DNA of 64,000 bases from positions 333,683 through 397,682 of the forward strand of contig CBDCWV010000004.1 in the NCBI GenBank assembly GCA_965223565.1, given 5' to 3'. Of this stretch, positions 42,756-51,684 are shown one piece after another; positions within the stretch are counted from its first letter, which is position 1; the number at the start of each line of letters is the position of its first letter. This stretch comes from Myxococcota bacterium. GTDB lineage: Bacteria; Myxococcota_A; UBA9160; UBA4427. Under the pieces are notes generated by a model. It searched no databases. It worked only from the letters and a program-made list of their open reading frames with translations, and was not told the DNA's origin. Made by a program: the position numbers and the translations under genes.

Positions 42756-43736
42756 ATGGCGTCAGGGAACGCGCAGGCACATCCCGCTCGCCACGCACAC
42801 GGCCACTCGGATCCGCGTTCGCAGAACCGAAGGCGTCTGCTGCTCGTGCTGGGACTGGCGCTCTCGTACGCGCTGATCGAGCTCGTCGGCGGTCTCCTCA
42901 CCGGCTCGCTCGCGCTGCTCGCCGACTCGCTGCATATGGTGTCGGACGTCGCGGCGCTGGCACTGTCTCTGCTCGCGGTCTGGATGGCGGCGCGGCCCGC
43001 CAGCGGTCGCCGCACCTTCGGCAATAGTCGCGCCGAGATCCTCGCCGCGCTCGCCAACGGTCTCGCGCTCGCCGTGGTCGCGGTCTTCATCTCGGTTCAC
43101 GCCTTCGAACGCTTCCTGTCCCCGCGTGACGTGGCGGGCCAGGGCGTGCTGCTGGTCGCCACCGGCGGGCTCCTGATCAATCTGATCGGACTCTGGATCC
43201 TCGAGGGCGGTCGCGGCGAATCGCTGAACGTGCGCGGCGCCTGGCTACACGTCGCGAGTGACACGCTCGCGAGCGTCGGCGTCATCCTCGCCGGTGCCGG
43301 AATCTGGGCCTTCGGCTGGGTCTGGCTCGATCCTGCCGTCTCCGTCGTCGTCAGCGTCCTCGTTCTGCTCTCCGCCTGGCATCTGATTCGCGAAGCGCTC
43401 GACGTGCTGATGGAGACGGTTCCGAGTCACCTCGACCCCGAAGAGATCCGGGATGCACTGCTCGCGGTCTCCGGCGTCTCGGCTCTCCACTGCCTCCACG
43501 TCTGGACGATCGGCAGCGGCGAGGTCTCCCTGTCGAGCCACCTCGTCGTCGCGCCGGGGAGCGATCCGGAAGTGATCCTCGGACGCGTCCGCGAACGCCT
43601 CGACGAATGTTTCTCGATCGACCATACGACGATCCAGATCGAGCTCGCGCCGCACGACACGAGCGTCGACGCCGCCTGCGGTGAGACCTGCGAGCCCGGC
43701 ATTCTCGCCGCCTCCGGACTCCGCGGCTCGATCTAG
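42756..43736 (+). CDS. Cation diffusion facilitator (CzcD/ZitB-like)
   Basis: His-rich N-terminus, SLALLADSLHMVSD, LNVRGAWLHVASD, LHVWTI, HTTIQIE; RBS AGGAGG. Confidence 0.92.
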   Translation: MASGNAQAHPARHAHGHSDPRSQNRRRLLLVLGLALSYALIELVGGLLTGSLALLADSLHMVSDVAALALSLLAVWMAARPASGRRTFGNSRAEILAALANGLALAVVAVFISVHAFERFLSPRDVAGQGVLLVATGGLLINLIGLWILEGGRGESLNVRGAWLHVASDTLASVGVILAGAGIWAFGWVWLDPAVSVVVSVLVLLSAWHLIREALDVLMETVPSHLDPEEIRDALLAVSGVSALHCLHVWTIGSGEVSLSSHLVVAPGSDPEVILGRVRERLDECFSIDHTTIQIELAPHDTSVDAACGETCEPGILAASGLRGSI

Positions 43737-43778
43737 CGCGCGTCGCACGCGGCTGAACTCAGGGTCAGGCCACAGTCC

Positions 43779-43808
43779 TTTACTCGACGCGAAATCGGAC
43801 GTTAACGT
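43779..43808 (+). promoter_or_regulatory. Sigma70-type promoter with a palindrome over the -10
   Basis: TTTACT-18 nt-TAACGT; palindrome ACGTTAACGT at 43799-43808. Confidence 0.5.
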
Positions 43809-43835
43809 TCGTGCGCCCGAAGGAGGACGATTGCG

Positions 43836-44957
43836 TTGAGCGAACGTCACATCACCTACGACCCGATCTACAACACGGTCCATCGCGACGATTTCGACAC
43901 GCTGATCGAGGTCGATCGATACGCCGATCGAACGGATGCCTTCGACGAGATCATCGCCGCGACGGTCGATCATTTCTGGGATCCGACCGACCCCCGCTAC
44001 GTCGACTTCGACTCCTCGCCGATCGACCTCGGCGAAGAGCTGATCATGCCGCGCGACTTCTGCATCGAGCTCAAGACGGCGGTCGCGGACAAGCTCGACG
44101 AGGCCCAGCAGATCCGACTCGCCAACCAGAACACGCGCTTCGTGCTGTCGAGCATCCTGCACGGCGAGCAGGGCGCCCTCTCGCTGTCTGCCAGCCTGAC
44201 CCAGATCCTGCGCGACCCGGGCGCGCAGGAGTACGCGGCCAATCAGACCCGCGAAGAGGCCCGCCACGTGACTGGCTTCTCGCGCTATATCGGCATGCGA
44301 TGGGGCACGCCCCTGCGTTCGGGCAAGACCCTGCAGAGCCTGATGAACGAGATCGTCAAGAGCGGCGCGGTCTACAAGAAGCTGATCGGGATGCAGATGT
44401 TGATCGAAGGTCTCGCGATGGGCGCCTTCGCCACGATCCAGCGTGAGACCCAGGATCCGCTGCTGCGCCGGCTGATCCACTTCACGATGTCCGACGAGGC
44501 CTTCCACCACAAGTTCGGCAAGATCTGGGCCGACCGCACGGTCCCGAAGCTCTCGGACGAGGAGCACGAGCACGTCGAGGCGTGGGCGGCCGAAGCCTTC
44601 CAGATCCTGCTCTTCAATCTCGTCAATGCCGAGCAGAAGCAGGAGATCTACGGCGAGTTCGGACTCGATTGGCAATGGGTTCGCGGCGCGGTCCTCGAAG
44701 CGTTCAGCGACGAGGATCGTCGGCGCGACATGACGGACAACACCAACATCTTCCGCGTGTTGATCAAGACGCTTCTCAAGTCGGGCATCATCACCGATCG
44801 CACCCGACCGGTCTATCAGGCCTGGGTGGACATGGACGAGCTGGCCGGCGAGCACGACGAGGTCGCGGGCTCGGATGTCGCCGCCCGTGCCATGGAGGAG
44901 CTGAAGGAGCTCAACGCGAGCCGCCAGAAGATGGGTGCACGCTTCCGGCCCCATTGA
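43836..44957 (+). CDS. Ferritin-like di-iron carboxylate protein (AurF-like)
   Basis: HGEQGA, EEARH, IEGLA, DEAFHH ligand pattern; RBS AGGAGG before TTG. Confidence 0.8.
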   Translation: MSERHITYDPIYNTVHRDDFDTLIEVDRYADRTDAFDEIIAATVDHFWDPTDPRYVDFDSSPIDLGEELIMPRDFCIELKTAVADKLDEAQQIRLANQNTRFVLSSILHGEQGALSLSASLTQILRDPGAQEYAANQTREEARHVTGFSRYIGMRWGTPLRSGKTLQSLMNEIVKSGAVYKKLIGMQMLIEGLAMGAFATIQRETQDPLLRRLIHFTMSDEAFHHKFGKIWADRTVPKLSDEEHEHVEAWAAEAFQILLFNLVNAEQKQEIYGEFGLDWQWVRGAVLEAFSDEDRRRDMTDNTNIFRVLIKTLLKSGIITDRTRPVYQAWVDMDELAGEHDEVAGSDVAARAMEELKELNASRQKMGARFRPH

Positions 44958-45135
44958 GCGTGGCGCGCGGACCGATCGAATCCGTTCCGGCGCTCGAGAT
45001 TCACCCCGGGACCGATCCGTCCATCTCCGGATCCCGCTCTGCTGATTCGACCCCAGCAGCGCGACCCGAGCGCCTCGAACGCGTGCATTTCTGCCCCTAA
45101 CAGCGCGCCCACTCAAGCGATCTCGAGTTCTTCCG

Positions 45136-47163
45136 ATGTCGGAAGGGCGATTCGAGAGCGACGAGGGTGGGAACGTGTCGAACCAGGTCCTTCCGAACAC
45201 CGACGGCACGCGCGGCCGCAAACGCAGGCGTCGTCGCAAGCGGAAGCGCGACAACAAGAACGGGGCCAAACGCAACGAACGCGCCGAGCAGGAGCCGCTC
45301 GCCCGCGACGAGGTACCCGCGGCCGGCGCCGGACTCCTCGCCGCGGACGCAGCACCCGCGACCCGAAGCGGTCTCCTCGACGCGGAAGCGGCACGGCGCC
45401 TGGCGGATGCCGCGCGCTCGCGCGAGCGCGCCAGCCGGGCGGCGCTCGAACGGACCCGCGCGATCCTCGACCCCGCCGCGCGCACGGGCGCGAGCGAGCG
45501 AGCCAACGGCGCAGACCCCGGGCGGGATGCGCCGCGGCCGCTCCTGGCGACCGAAGCGGCCGCGGCACCCAGCGGGTGGCGGACGCGGCCGCTCGCACCC
45601 GAGCGCGCAGCCGACGAATCCGACGAGGCGAGCACCCCGGACCGGCCGACGGACGCGTTGCGTGTGGCACGGGGCACGATCCGCGAGCTGAAGGCGACGC
45701 TCGCGATCGCACGCGAGGCCTCCGTCTCCCAACGTGCCGAGCGCGCGCATTTGCGTGCACGGGTCGAGGAGCTCGAATCGCAGCAACAGGCGGCGCATTC
45801 CGACCGCCGAGAGGTCGAACACCTGCGCGAACGCCTCGCTCGACAGGCGCGCGAGGCGCAGCAGGCCGAGCGGACGCGAGGCGCCCTCGAGACCGAGCTC
45901 ACGCGCGTGCGAGGCAGTCTCGTCGAGCGGGAGGATGAGCTCGCTCGACTCTACGATCGCCTCCGTGAGGAGCACCAGGCACTGGCGGAAACACGTCGCG
46001 CGCTGGCGATCGAGAACGAGCGACACGCCGAGAGCCGCGCCCTGCTCGGCCGGCTGAAGACGACGCTCGAAGGCGTGTCGGCATCGACCTTCTCGAACGC
46101 GCACGCGGACACGAGCACGATCGCCGGGGCGCCGGCGGGTGCTCACCGACAGGCGGTGCCGGAGACGACCCAAACCGGTGACGCGACCGATCCCCGCCTG
46201 GCGCCGCCTTCGGGCCTGCGCGACCGCGACGCCGGCGAGCCCGAGAGGACCGAGACCGACGGCGGTCGCGTCGCGGCCGTATTCGACCTGTGGCAGGACG
46301 AGCAGCTGAGAAGGAACCTCGGCCCGCTCGGCATCGAGGGCTTCGCGGATCTGGTGCGTAGCGCGCTCGAGCGGCGAGACCGGCCGGTGCTCCTGCAGAT
46401 CGGTCGTCGCGCCTGGATCCATGCCCACAGACTCGCCGAGCAGCTCCTAGAAGCCGGCGCCGGCGCGTTCACGATCCATGTGGCGGACCCGGACGCGTCG
46501 TGTCGCGAAGGCTCCGTTCCCGCCGATTCTCCTCTGCGCGAGAGGCTCAGTCCAATCGATTTCCCAGCCGATCCGCGTGCGCTCCGGCGCGCGATCGAAG
46601 CGTGCGGGGCCGAGATCGTCGTCTGTCGCGACTTCCTCTCGGATCGAACGGACGTCGATCCCTGGCTCGACGTCCTCGTGCCCGTCGCCGACACCTCCGG
46701 CTGCCTGATTCTCTGCGAATCGACCGGACACGACGTCGGCTCTCCGCCGGAGGACGTCTCGGCACTCGGGGAACGCATCTGGGCCCTGATGCCCGAGCGG
46801 TACACGCGCACCCGAGCGCGACCGGGCGAAGCCGACGACGGGCGGACAGGCCGATGCGAGCGCGGGCGATCTGGCCCGACGATCGAGCGTTGGGCGGACG
46901 CTTTCGCAGCACGTGAACACCTCGAGGCGAATACCCTCTCCGAGCGACTGCGCGCCAAGGCTCGTCCGCAGCTTGCGGCTCGGTTCGGATTCCTGTCGTT
47001 GGCCTTCCTGAACCCCGCGATCGCTGCCAACTTCGATCCGCAAGCCGCGCGCGACCGCCGCTTTCTCGAGCAGGTCGCCGATCTCGACGAGCGCAAGATC
47101 GAGTCCGGCGGCGTGCAACCTCTGCGCTTCGTGAGCGTCGTCGACCCACGACTCGAGGACTGA
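45136..47163 (+). CDS. Hypothetical protein: basic N-terminus, long coiled coil, degenerate methyltransferase-like C-terminus
   Basis: RKRRRRRKRKR; E/R/L-rich heptads; C-terminal PVLLQIG...IHVAD and NFDP..RDRRFL..V..LDE. Confidence 0.6.
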   Translation: MSEGRFESDEGGNVSNQVLPNTDGTRGRKRRRRRKRKRDNKNGAKRNERAEQEPLARDEVPAAGAGLLAADAAPATRSGLLDAEAARRLADAARSRERASRAALERTRAILDPAARTGASERANGADPGRDAPRPLLATEAAAAPSGWRTRPLAPERAADESDEASTPDRPTDALRVARGTIRELKATLAIAREASVSQRAERAHLRARVEELESQQQAAHSDRREVEHLRERLARQAREAQQAERTRGALETELTRVRGSLVEREDELARLYDRLREEHQALAETRRALAIENERHAESRALLGRLKTTLEGVSASTFSNAHADTSTIAGAPAGAHRQAVPETTQTGDATDPRLAPPSGLRDRDAGEPERTETDGGRVAAVFDLWQDEQLRRNLGPLGIEGFADLVRSALERRDRPVLLQIGRRAWIHAHRLAEQLLEAGAGAFTIHVADPDASCREGSVPADSPLRERLSPIDFPADPRALRRAIEACGAEIVVCRDFLSDRTDVDPWLDVLVPVADTSGCLILCESTGHDVGSPPEDVSALGERIWALMPERYTRTRARPGEADDGRTGRCERGRSGPTIERWADAFAAREHLEANTLSERLRAKARPQLAARFGFLSLAFLNPAIAANFDPQAARDRRFLEQVADLDERKIESGGVQPLRFVSVVDPRLED

Positions 47164-47217
47164 GCGCGCGCTCGGCCGGGACTTGCCGAAGTCGGCCGCA
47201 GGGCGAGAATACGCGGC

Positions 47218-48225
47218 ATGCATTGCCAGGGAAGCGCGTTCGCAAGTCGGGGCCCGTTCGCGGTGGGCGTCGTCCAGACCGAGATCATTTCCCGCGCGGA
47301 TCCGCTCGACCCCGATCGGAGACTGACGATCGACGTCTGGTATCCAGCTCGCGGGCCGTCGGACGCGGCCGAGCTGGCCGACCATCCGCTCGGCTTCGCC
47401 CATCACGCCTACCGCGCAATCGAGCCCGAGCGAACGTCGTCATGCCCGCTGATCGCATTCTCGCACGGCAACTCCGGCTTTCGGCGACAGTCGACGTTCC
47501 TGACGACACAGCTCGCCAGCTGGGGATTCGTGGTCGCCGCACCCGATCATTCGGGAAACACGTTCGCCGAGCTGGCGGGCGTGCGCGATCCCGACGCCTT
47601 GCGCGACGCACACCGTCGCATTCGCCGTCAGCGTCCTCACGACCTGGCCGCCGTCGTCGCAGCGCTGGCCGATGAAGGCGTCCTCGCCGATTCGCTGCCC
47701 GCTCTAGCGGATCGGATCGGCGCACTCGGCCACTCCTTCGGCGGCTGGACGGTGCTCAAGCAGCCCCGCCTGGAGCCCCGCGTCCGAGCGGTCTGTGCGC
47801 TCGCCCCCGTATCGGAACGATTCGTCGGTTGGCACGCCTTTGCGCCGGACGAGCTACCGCTCGCGACGTCGATCGACTGTCTGGTGATCGCAGGGGAAGA
47901 GGACGTGCTCGTCGATCTCGAACGCGACATCCGGCCGCTCGTGAGAAGGCTCGGCGGCAACCGGGAGGCCGGGGGCAGCACGAAGATCCGCCTGGAGGTG
48001 GCACCCAGCGCCGATCACTTCCATTTCTGCGATGGAATCGAGACGCTCCATGCGCTGCACGAGAGCCAGCCGCGCGCGCAGCAGATCCGGCCGACCCTCG
48101 AGGCATCACAGCTCCTGGGCGAGGTCGAGATGCAGACGTGGTTGGCGGAACGCGTCACGCGCTTCTTCCATGCGACCCTCGGATCGGCCCAGACCGGGCC
48201 GAAGGTCGCGGAGTCTGCGGAATGA
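47218..48225 (+). CDS. Alpha/beta hydrolase (PAF-acetylhydrolase/dienelactone-like)
   Basis: VWYPA, FSHG, LASWGFVVAAPDH, GHSFGG nucleophile, GEED, ADHFHF. Confidence 0.85.
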   Translation: MHCQGSAFASRGPFAVGVVQTEIISRADPLDPDRRLTIDVWYPARGPSDAAELADHPLGFAHHAYRAIEPERTSSCPLIAFSHGNSGFRRQSTFLTTQLASWGFVVAAPDHSGNTFAELAGVRDPDALRDAHRRIRRQRPHDLAAVVAALADEGVLADSLPALADRIGALGHSFGGWTVLKQPRLEPRVRAVCALAPVSERFVGWHAFAPDELPLATSIDCLVIAGEEDVLVDLERDIRPLVRRLGGNREAGGSTKIRLEVAPSADHFHFCDGIETLHALHESQPRAQQIRPTLEASQLLGEVEMQTWLAERVTRFFHATLGSAQTGPKVAESAE

Positions 48226-49097
48226 GCCAAGAGCAGCGGATGCGCGGCAAGACGTGCGTGATCACCGGTGGAACATCCGGTATCGGAGAGGCGACTGCCG
48301 TCGCACTTGCCTGCCAGGGGGCCGATCTCGCGCTCCTCTGTCGTTCGCCCGAACGCGGTGCGGCGACGCGCACGCGGATCGCGAAGGAATCGGGCCGGGA
48401 TTGCGTGCGTCTGTTCCCATGCGATTTCGAGCGGCTCGAAGACGTGCGGCGCGCCTCGCAAGCACTCTCGACCGAGCTCGATCGGATCGATGTCCTGCTC
48501 AACAACGCGGGTGTGACGATGGCGCGCCGGCACGAGACGCCCGACGGCTACGAGACGACCTTCGCAGTCAACCACCTGGCGCCCTTTCTCCTCACCCACG
48601 GACTGATGTCCAGGCTGCTCGAACGACCCGGCGCGCGCATCGTGAACGTGGCCTCCGCTGCCCATCGCTTCGCCCGTTTCGATCTCGAGGATCTGCAGTC
48701 GACGCGAAGCTACTCGGCGATGCGCGTCTACGGTGCGTCGAAGCTGGCGAATATCCTGTTCACGAACGAGCTCGCTCGACGCTTCGCGACGAGTGAGCTG
48801 CGAGTCTGGTCCCTGCATCCGGGTGCGGTATCGACGCGTCTCGGCGCGAACAACGGCGGTGTGTCGAAGCTCGTGATTCCCCTGCTCTCACTCTTCTTCA
48901 GGAGCCCCGAGCGAGGCGCGCGCACCTCGATCTACCTCTGCAGCGAGCCCGAGATCGATGCGCCGAGCGGTAGCTACTTCGTGGACGAGAAGCTCGCGAA
49001 TGTATCCGCCCTCGCGCGGGACAAAGCGCTCGCACGCAAGCTCTGGCGTGAGAGCGAGCGTCTGGTCCGCCTGCCCGTCGACGGGGTCTGGGGCTGA
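48222..49097 (+). CDS. Short-chain dehydrogenase/reductase (retinol-DH-like)
   Basis: TGGTSGIG, NNAG, VNHLAPF, YGASK, HPG; ATGA overlap with the upstream gene. Confidence 0.92.
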   Translation: MSQEQRMRGKTCVITGGTSGIGEATAVALACQGADLALLCRSPERGAATRTRIAKESGRDCVRLFPCDFERLEDVRRASQALSTELDRIDVLLNNAGVTMARRHETPDGYETTFAVNHLAPFLLTHGLMSRLLERPGARIVNVASAAHRFARFDLEDLQSTRSYSAMRVYGASKLANILFTNELARRFATSELRVWSLHPGAVSTRLGANNGGVSKLVIPLLSLFFRSPERGARTSIYLCSEPEIDAPSGSYFVDEKLANVSALARDKALARKLWRESERLVRLPVDGVWG

Positions 49098-49186
49098 GCC
49101 GACCGCTCGTCGGGCGCGCGGGAAGAGCTACGGTTCGAACCAAGAGAAGGACCCGAGCGGAGTCTCGTGCCCGGAGACGGAGTGAC

Positions 49187-50059
49187 ATGTCGGAGCGAGC
49201 GTCGGAACACGGAACGGGCAGGGAATCGAAACGTTTCAAGGGAAGCGGCGGAGTCACACTCGCCGCCGATGCCTTCGGCCGCCCGGAGGATCCGCCCGCC
49301 CTGCTGCTGCACGGCGGCGGTCAGACGCGCCACTCCTGGAGCGGGACCGCAGCGCGGCTGGCGGAACGAGGTTGGTATGCGGTCAGCGTCGACCTTCGCG
49401 GTCACGGGGAGAGCGACTGGGACCCGGAAGGTCGCTACCACCACGATGGCTTCCGCGACGACGTGATCGCCGTGGCTCGATCCTTCGAGTCGCCACCGGT
49501 CCTGATCGGCGCTTCGCTCGGCGGCATCTCATCGCTGCTCGCGATCGCCGAGGCGGGCAATTCGTTAGCGCGGGCATTGGTGCTCGTCGATATCGGAACG
49601 CGAATGGAGGAGAGCGGCACGGCGCGCATCATGGAGTTCATGCAGAGCGGTCGAGTTGGCTTCGAGAGCCTCGAAGAGGTCGCCGATCGGGTCGCGGAGT
49701 ACAACCCGCATCGCCCCCGACCGGACGACATCTCGGGACTGGAGAAGAACCTGCGGCGGGGCGATGACGGCCGCTACCGCTGGCACTGGGATCCGGATTT
49801 CCTGAAGGTCGACCCCGACAAGAGTGACGGTCTCGTCACACCCGAGCTGCTCGACGAAGCCGCCGGTCGACTCGCGCTCCCGACCCTGCTCGTCCGCGGC
49901 AAGATGAGCGACCTGTTGAGCGAGGCGGGCGCGCGCACCTTCCTCGAGCAGGTCCCGCATGCGGAGTTCGCGGACGTCTCGGGCGCGGGGCACATGGTCG
50001 CGGGTGATCGCAACGACCTGTTCAGCGAGGCCGTACTCGGCTTTCTCGACGGAGTGTGA
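49187..50059 (+). CDS. Alpha/beta hydrolase
   Basis: LHGGGQ, DLRGHGES, GASLGG, AGHMVAGD. Confidence 0.9.
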   Translation: MSERASEHGTGRESKRFKGSGGVTLAADAFGRPEDPPALLLHGGGQTRHSWSGTAARLAERGWYAVSVDLRGHGESDWDPEGRYHHDGFRDDVIAVARSFESPPVLIGASLGGISSLLAIAEAGNSLARALVLVDIGTRMEESGTARIMEFMQSGRVGFESLEEVADRVAEYNPHRPRPDDISGLEKNLRRGDDGRYRWHWDPDFLKVDPDKSDGLVTPELLDEAAGRLALPTLLVRGKMSDLLSEAGARTFLEQVPHAEFADVSGAGHMVAGDRNDLFSEAVLGFLDGV

Positions 50060-50100
50060 GCTCGACGGAGTGTGAGCTCGACGGAGTGTGAGCTCGACGG
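50045..50100 (+). repeat. Perfect 16-bp tandem repeat, 3.5 copies
   Basis: CTCGACGGAGTGTGAG at 50045, 50061 and 50077 plus CTCGACGG at 50093. Confidence 0.95.
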
Positions 50101-50142
50101 TCTACGACGAGCAGTGACGGCGATCTGATGCCGGCTTTCGAT

Positions 50143-51513
50143 TCAGTCGCTCGCGTCGCTGGCCCGGAGCGGTGTCGGCCGCCCGAAGAGCCAGCCCTGA
50201 CCGAAGCGGATCCCCAGACGACCCAGCATCTCGAGCTCTTCGAGCGTATCGAGACCCTCGCCGATCACTTGCGCACCCATCTTGTCGGCGAGCTGGAGGA
50301 CGGCAGCCAGGACGTCCTGCCGAGCGGGATCCTGGTCGACACCCGAGACCATCGCGCGATCGATCTTGATGTAGTCCGGCTCGACCTCGAGGAGCTCCTC
50401 GAGACCGGCATAGCCGGTCCCGGTATCGTCGAGGGCAAACTGGAACCCCAGGCTGCGATAGAAATCCCGCATCTCGCCGAAGGCACCGAAGCTCGCGATC
50501 GATTCCTGCTCGGAGATCTCGAAGACCACGTCCGACGGCGTGAGTGCACTCCGCTCGAGCGTCTCGATCAGCCGCGCCTCCTGGAAATTGGGATCGTGGA
50601 TCGTCGTCGGCCGGATGTTCAGGAAGAGCTTCGTGCCCGTCGGAAAATCGACCGCACCGTGCAACGCGCTCTCGCGACAGACGCAGTCGAGCTCGAAGAC
50701 GAGCTCGTGCTCCTCCGCCGCGTCGAAGAGCGCGACCGGCGATTGAAAGGGCGAGCCATCCGCACCCCGGGCGAGCGCTTCGTAGCCGAAGACCGTGCGG
50801 CTCTCGACCTCGACGATCGGCTCGTAGACGGAGTAGATCCGCTGGTCGAGGATCGTCTCGAGCAGCTCGAAGCGACGCGCGCGCCGACGGGCGGCCACGT
50901 CGTGCGCGCAGTCGGCCCGCGCGCGCTCGATCAGGCGGCGCAGCTGGGTCGCGGTCCCGAATTGCGGATTGCGAATCTCGACTGCGACGCCGACCGGCAG
51001 GCGCGACGGCCCGCGCAGGAACGGGTAGAAGACCTGGCCGCCATCCGCTCGGAGCGCGCGATCGACCTCAGCCCTGAAATCGGGAATCTCCTGGATCAGG
51101 AAATCGGCCGATCCGCGCGAGCGGAAGAGCAACACGAGTACCTCGTCGTAGCCGGGCTCCGCGAGACAGATCACGTCTTCGGATCGCAGCCGCTCCCGCG
51201 CGATGTCGCCGATCCGAGCATGGAGTGCTTCGAGACAGCGATTGCGCGCGACATCGCCGTGGCGCCGCTCGACCTCGGCGACCTGTGGCGCTCCGATCAC
51301 GATCAGCCCGATCGCCCCCGCGGCCTCGAATTGACTCGCCAGCGCACCGAAGAGCTCACTCACGTGCTGGGGCGCCGGTGGACCCGGCGACGCCGTCGCG
51401 AGCCGAGCCGTACGCCGCGATCGCCGCCGCCCCGCGGCCGGCGAAGCGGTCTGCTCGTCCGACGACGGCGCGGGCGTCCTGGAATCCGTCTCGGGCGGCG
51501 TAGCTGGAGGCAT
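50143..51513 (-). CDS. EAL-domain c-di-GMP phosphodiesterase with a degenerate GGDEF-like N-domain
   Basis: YEALAR, FLNI, FEISE, LDDTGTGY, IKIDR, IGEG, GQGW; upstream GYDEV in place of GGDEF; start uncertain. Confidence 0.85.
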   Translation of the reverse strand: MPPATPPETDSRTPAPSSDEQTASPAAGRRRSRRTARLATASPGPPAPQHVSELFGALASQFEAAGAIGLIVIGAPQVAEVERRHGDVARNRCLEALHARIGDIARERLRSEDVICLAEPGYDEVLVLLFRSRGSADFLIQEIPDFRAEVDRALRADGGQVFYPFLRGPSRLPVGVAVEIRNPQFGTATQLRRLIERARADCAHDVAARRRARRFELLETILDQRIYSVYEPIVEVESRTVFGYEALARGADGSPFQSPVALFDAAEEHELVFELDCVCRESALHGAVDFPTGTKLFLNIRPTTIHDPNFQEARLIETLERSALTPSDVVFEISEQESIASFGAFGEMRDFYRSLGFQFALDDTGTGYAGLEELLEVEPDYIKIDRAMVSGVDQDPARQDVLAAVLQLADKMGAQVIGEGLDTLEELEMLGRLGIRFGQGWLFGRPTPLRASDASD

Positions 51514-51684
51514 AGCGGAGGGATCGGCAGATGCTGGATCGGTGTTGAGTATTCCTGCGGGGCCAGGCGAAGCCGTCGACCCCGGGAGAAGACCCGAGAG
51601 AGACGCGCAGCCGGCCCGTTTCGTGAACGAAACGAGTCGGCCGATCACCACGCCCGGTCCGCGCGCATACGCGCGGGCGCGGAG

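Noticed and set aside
50045-50100. Possible mini-CRISPR array
   Set aside because: Repeats are contiguous with no spacers, only 16 bp long, and no cas genes are present
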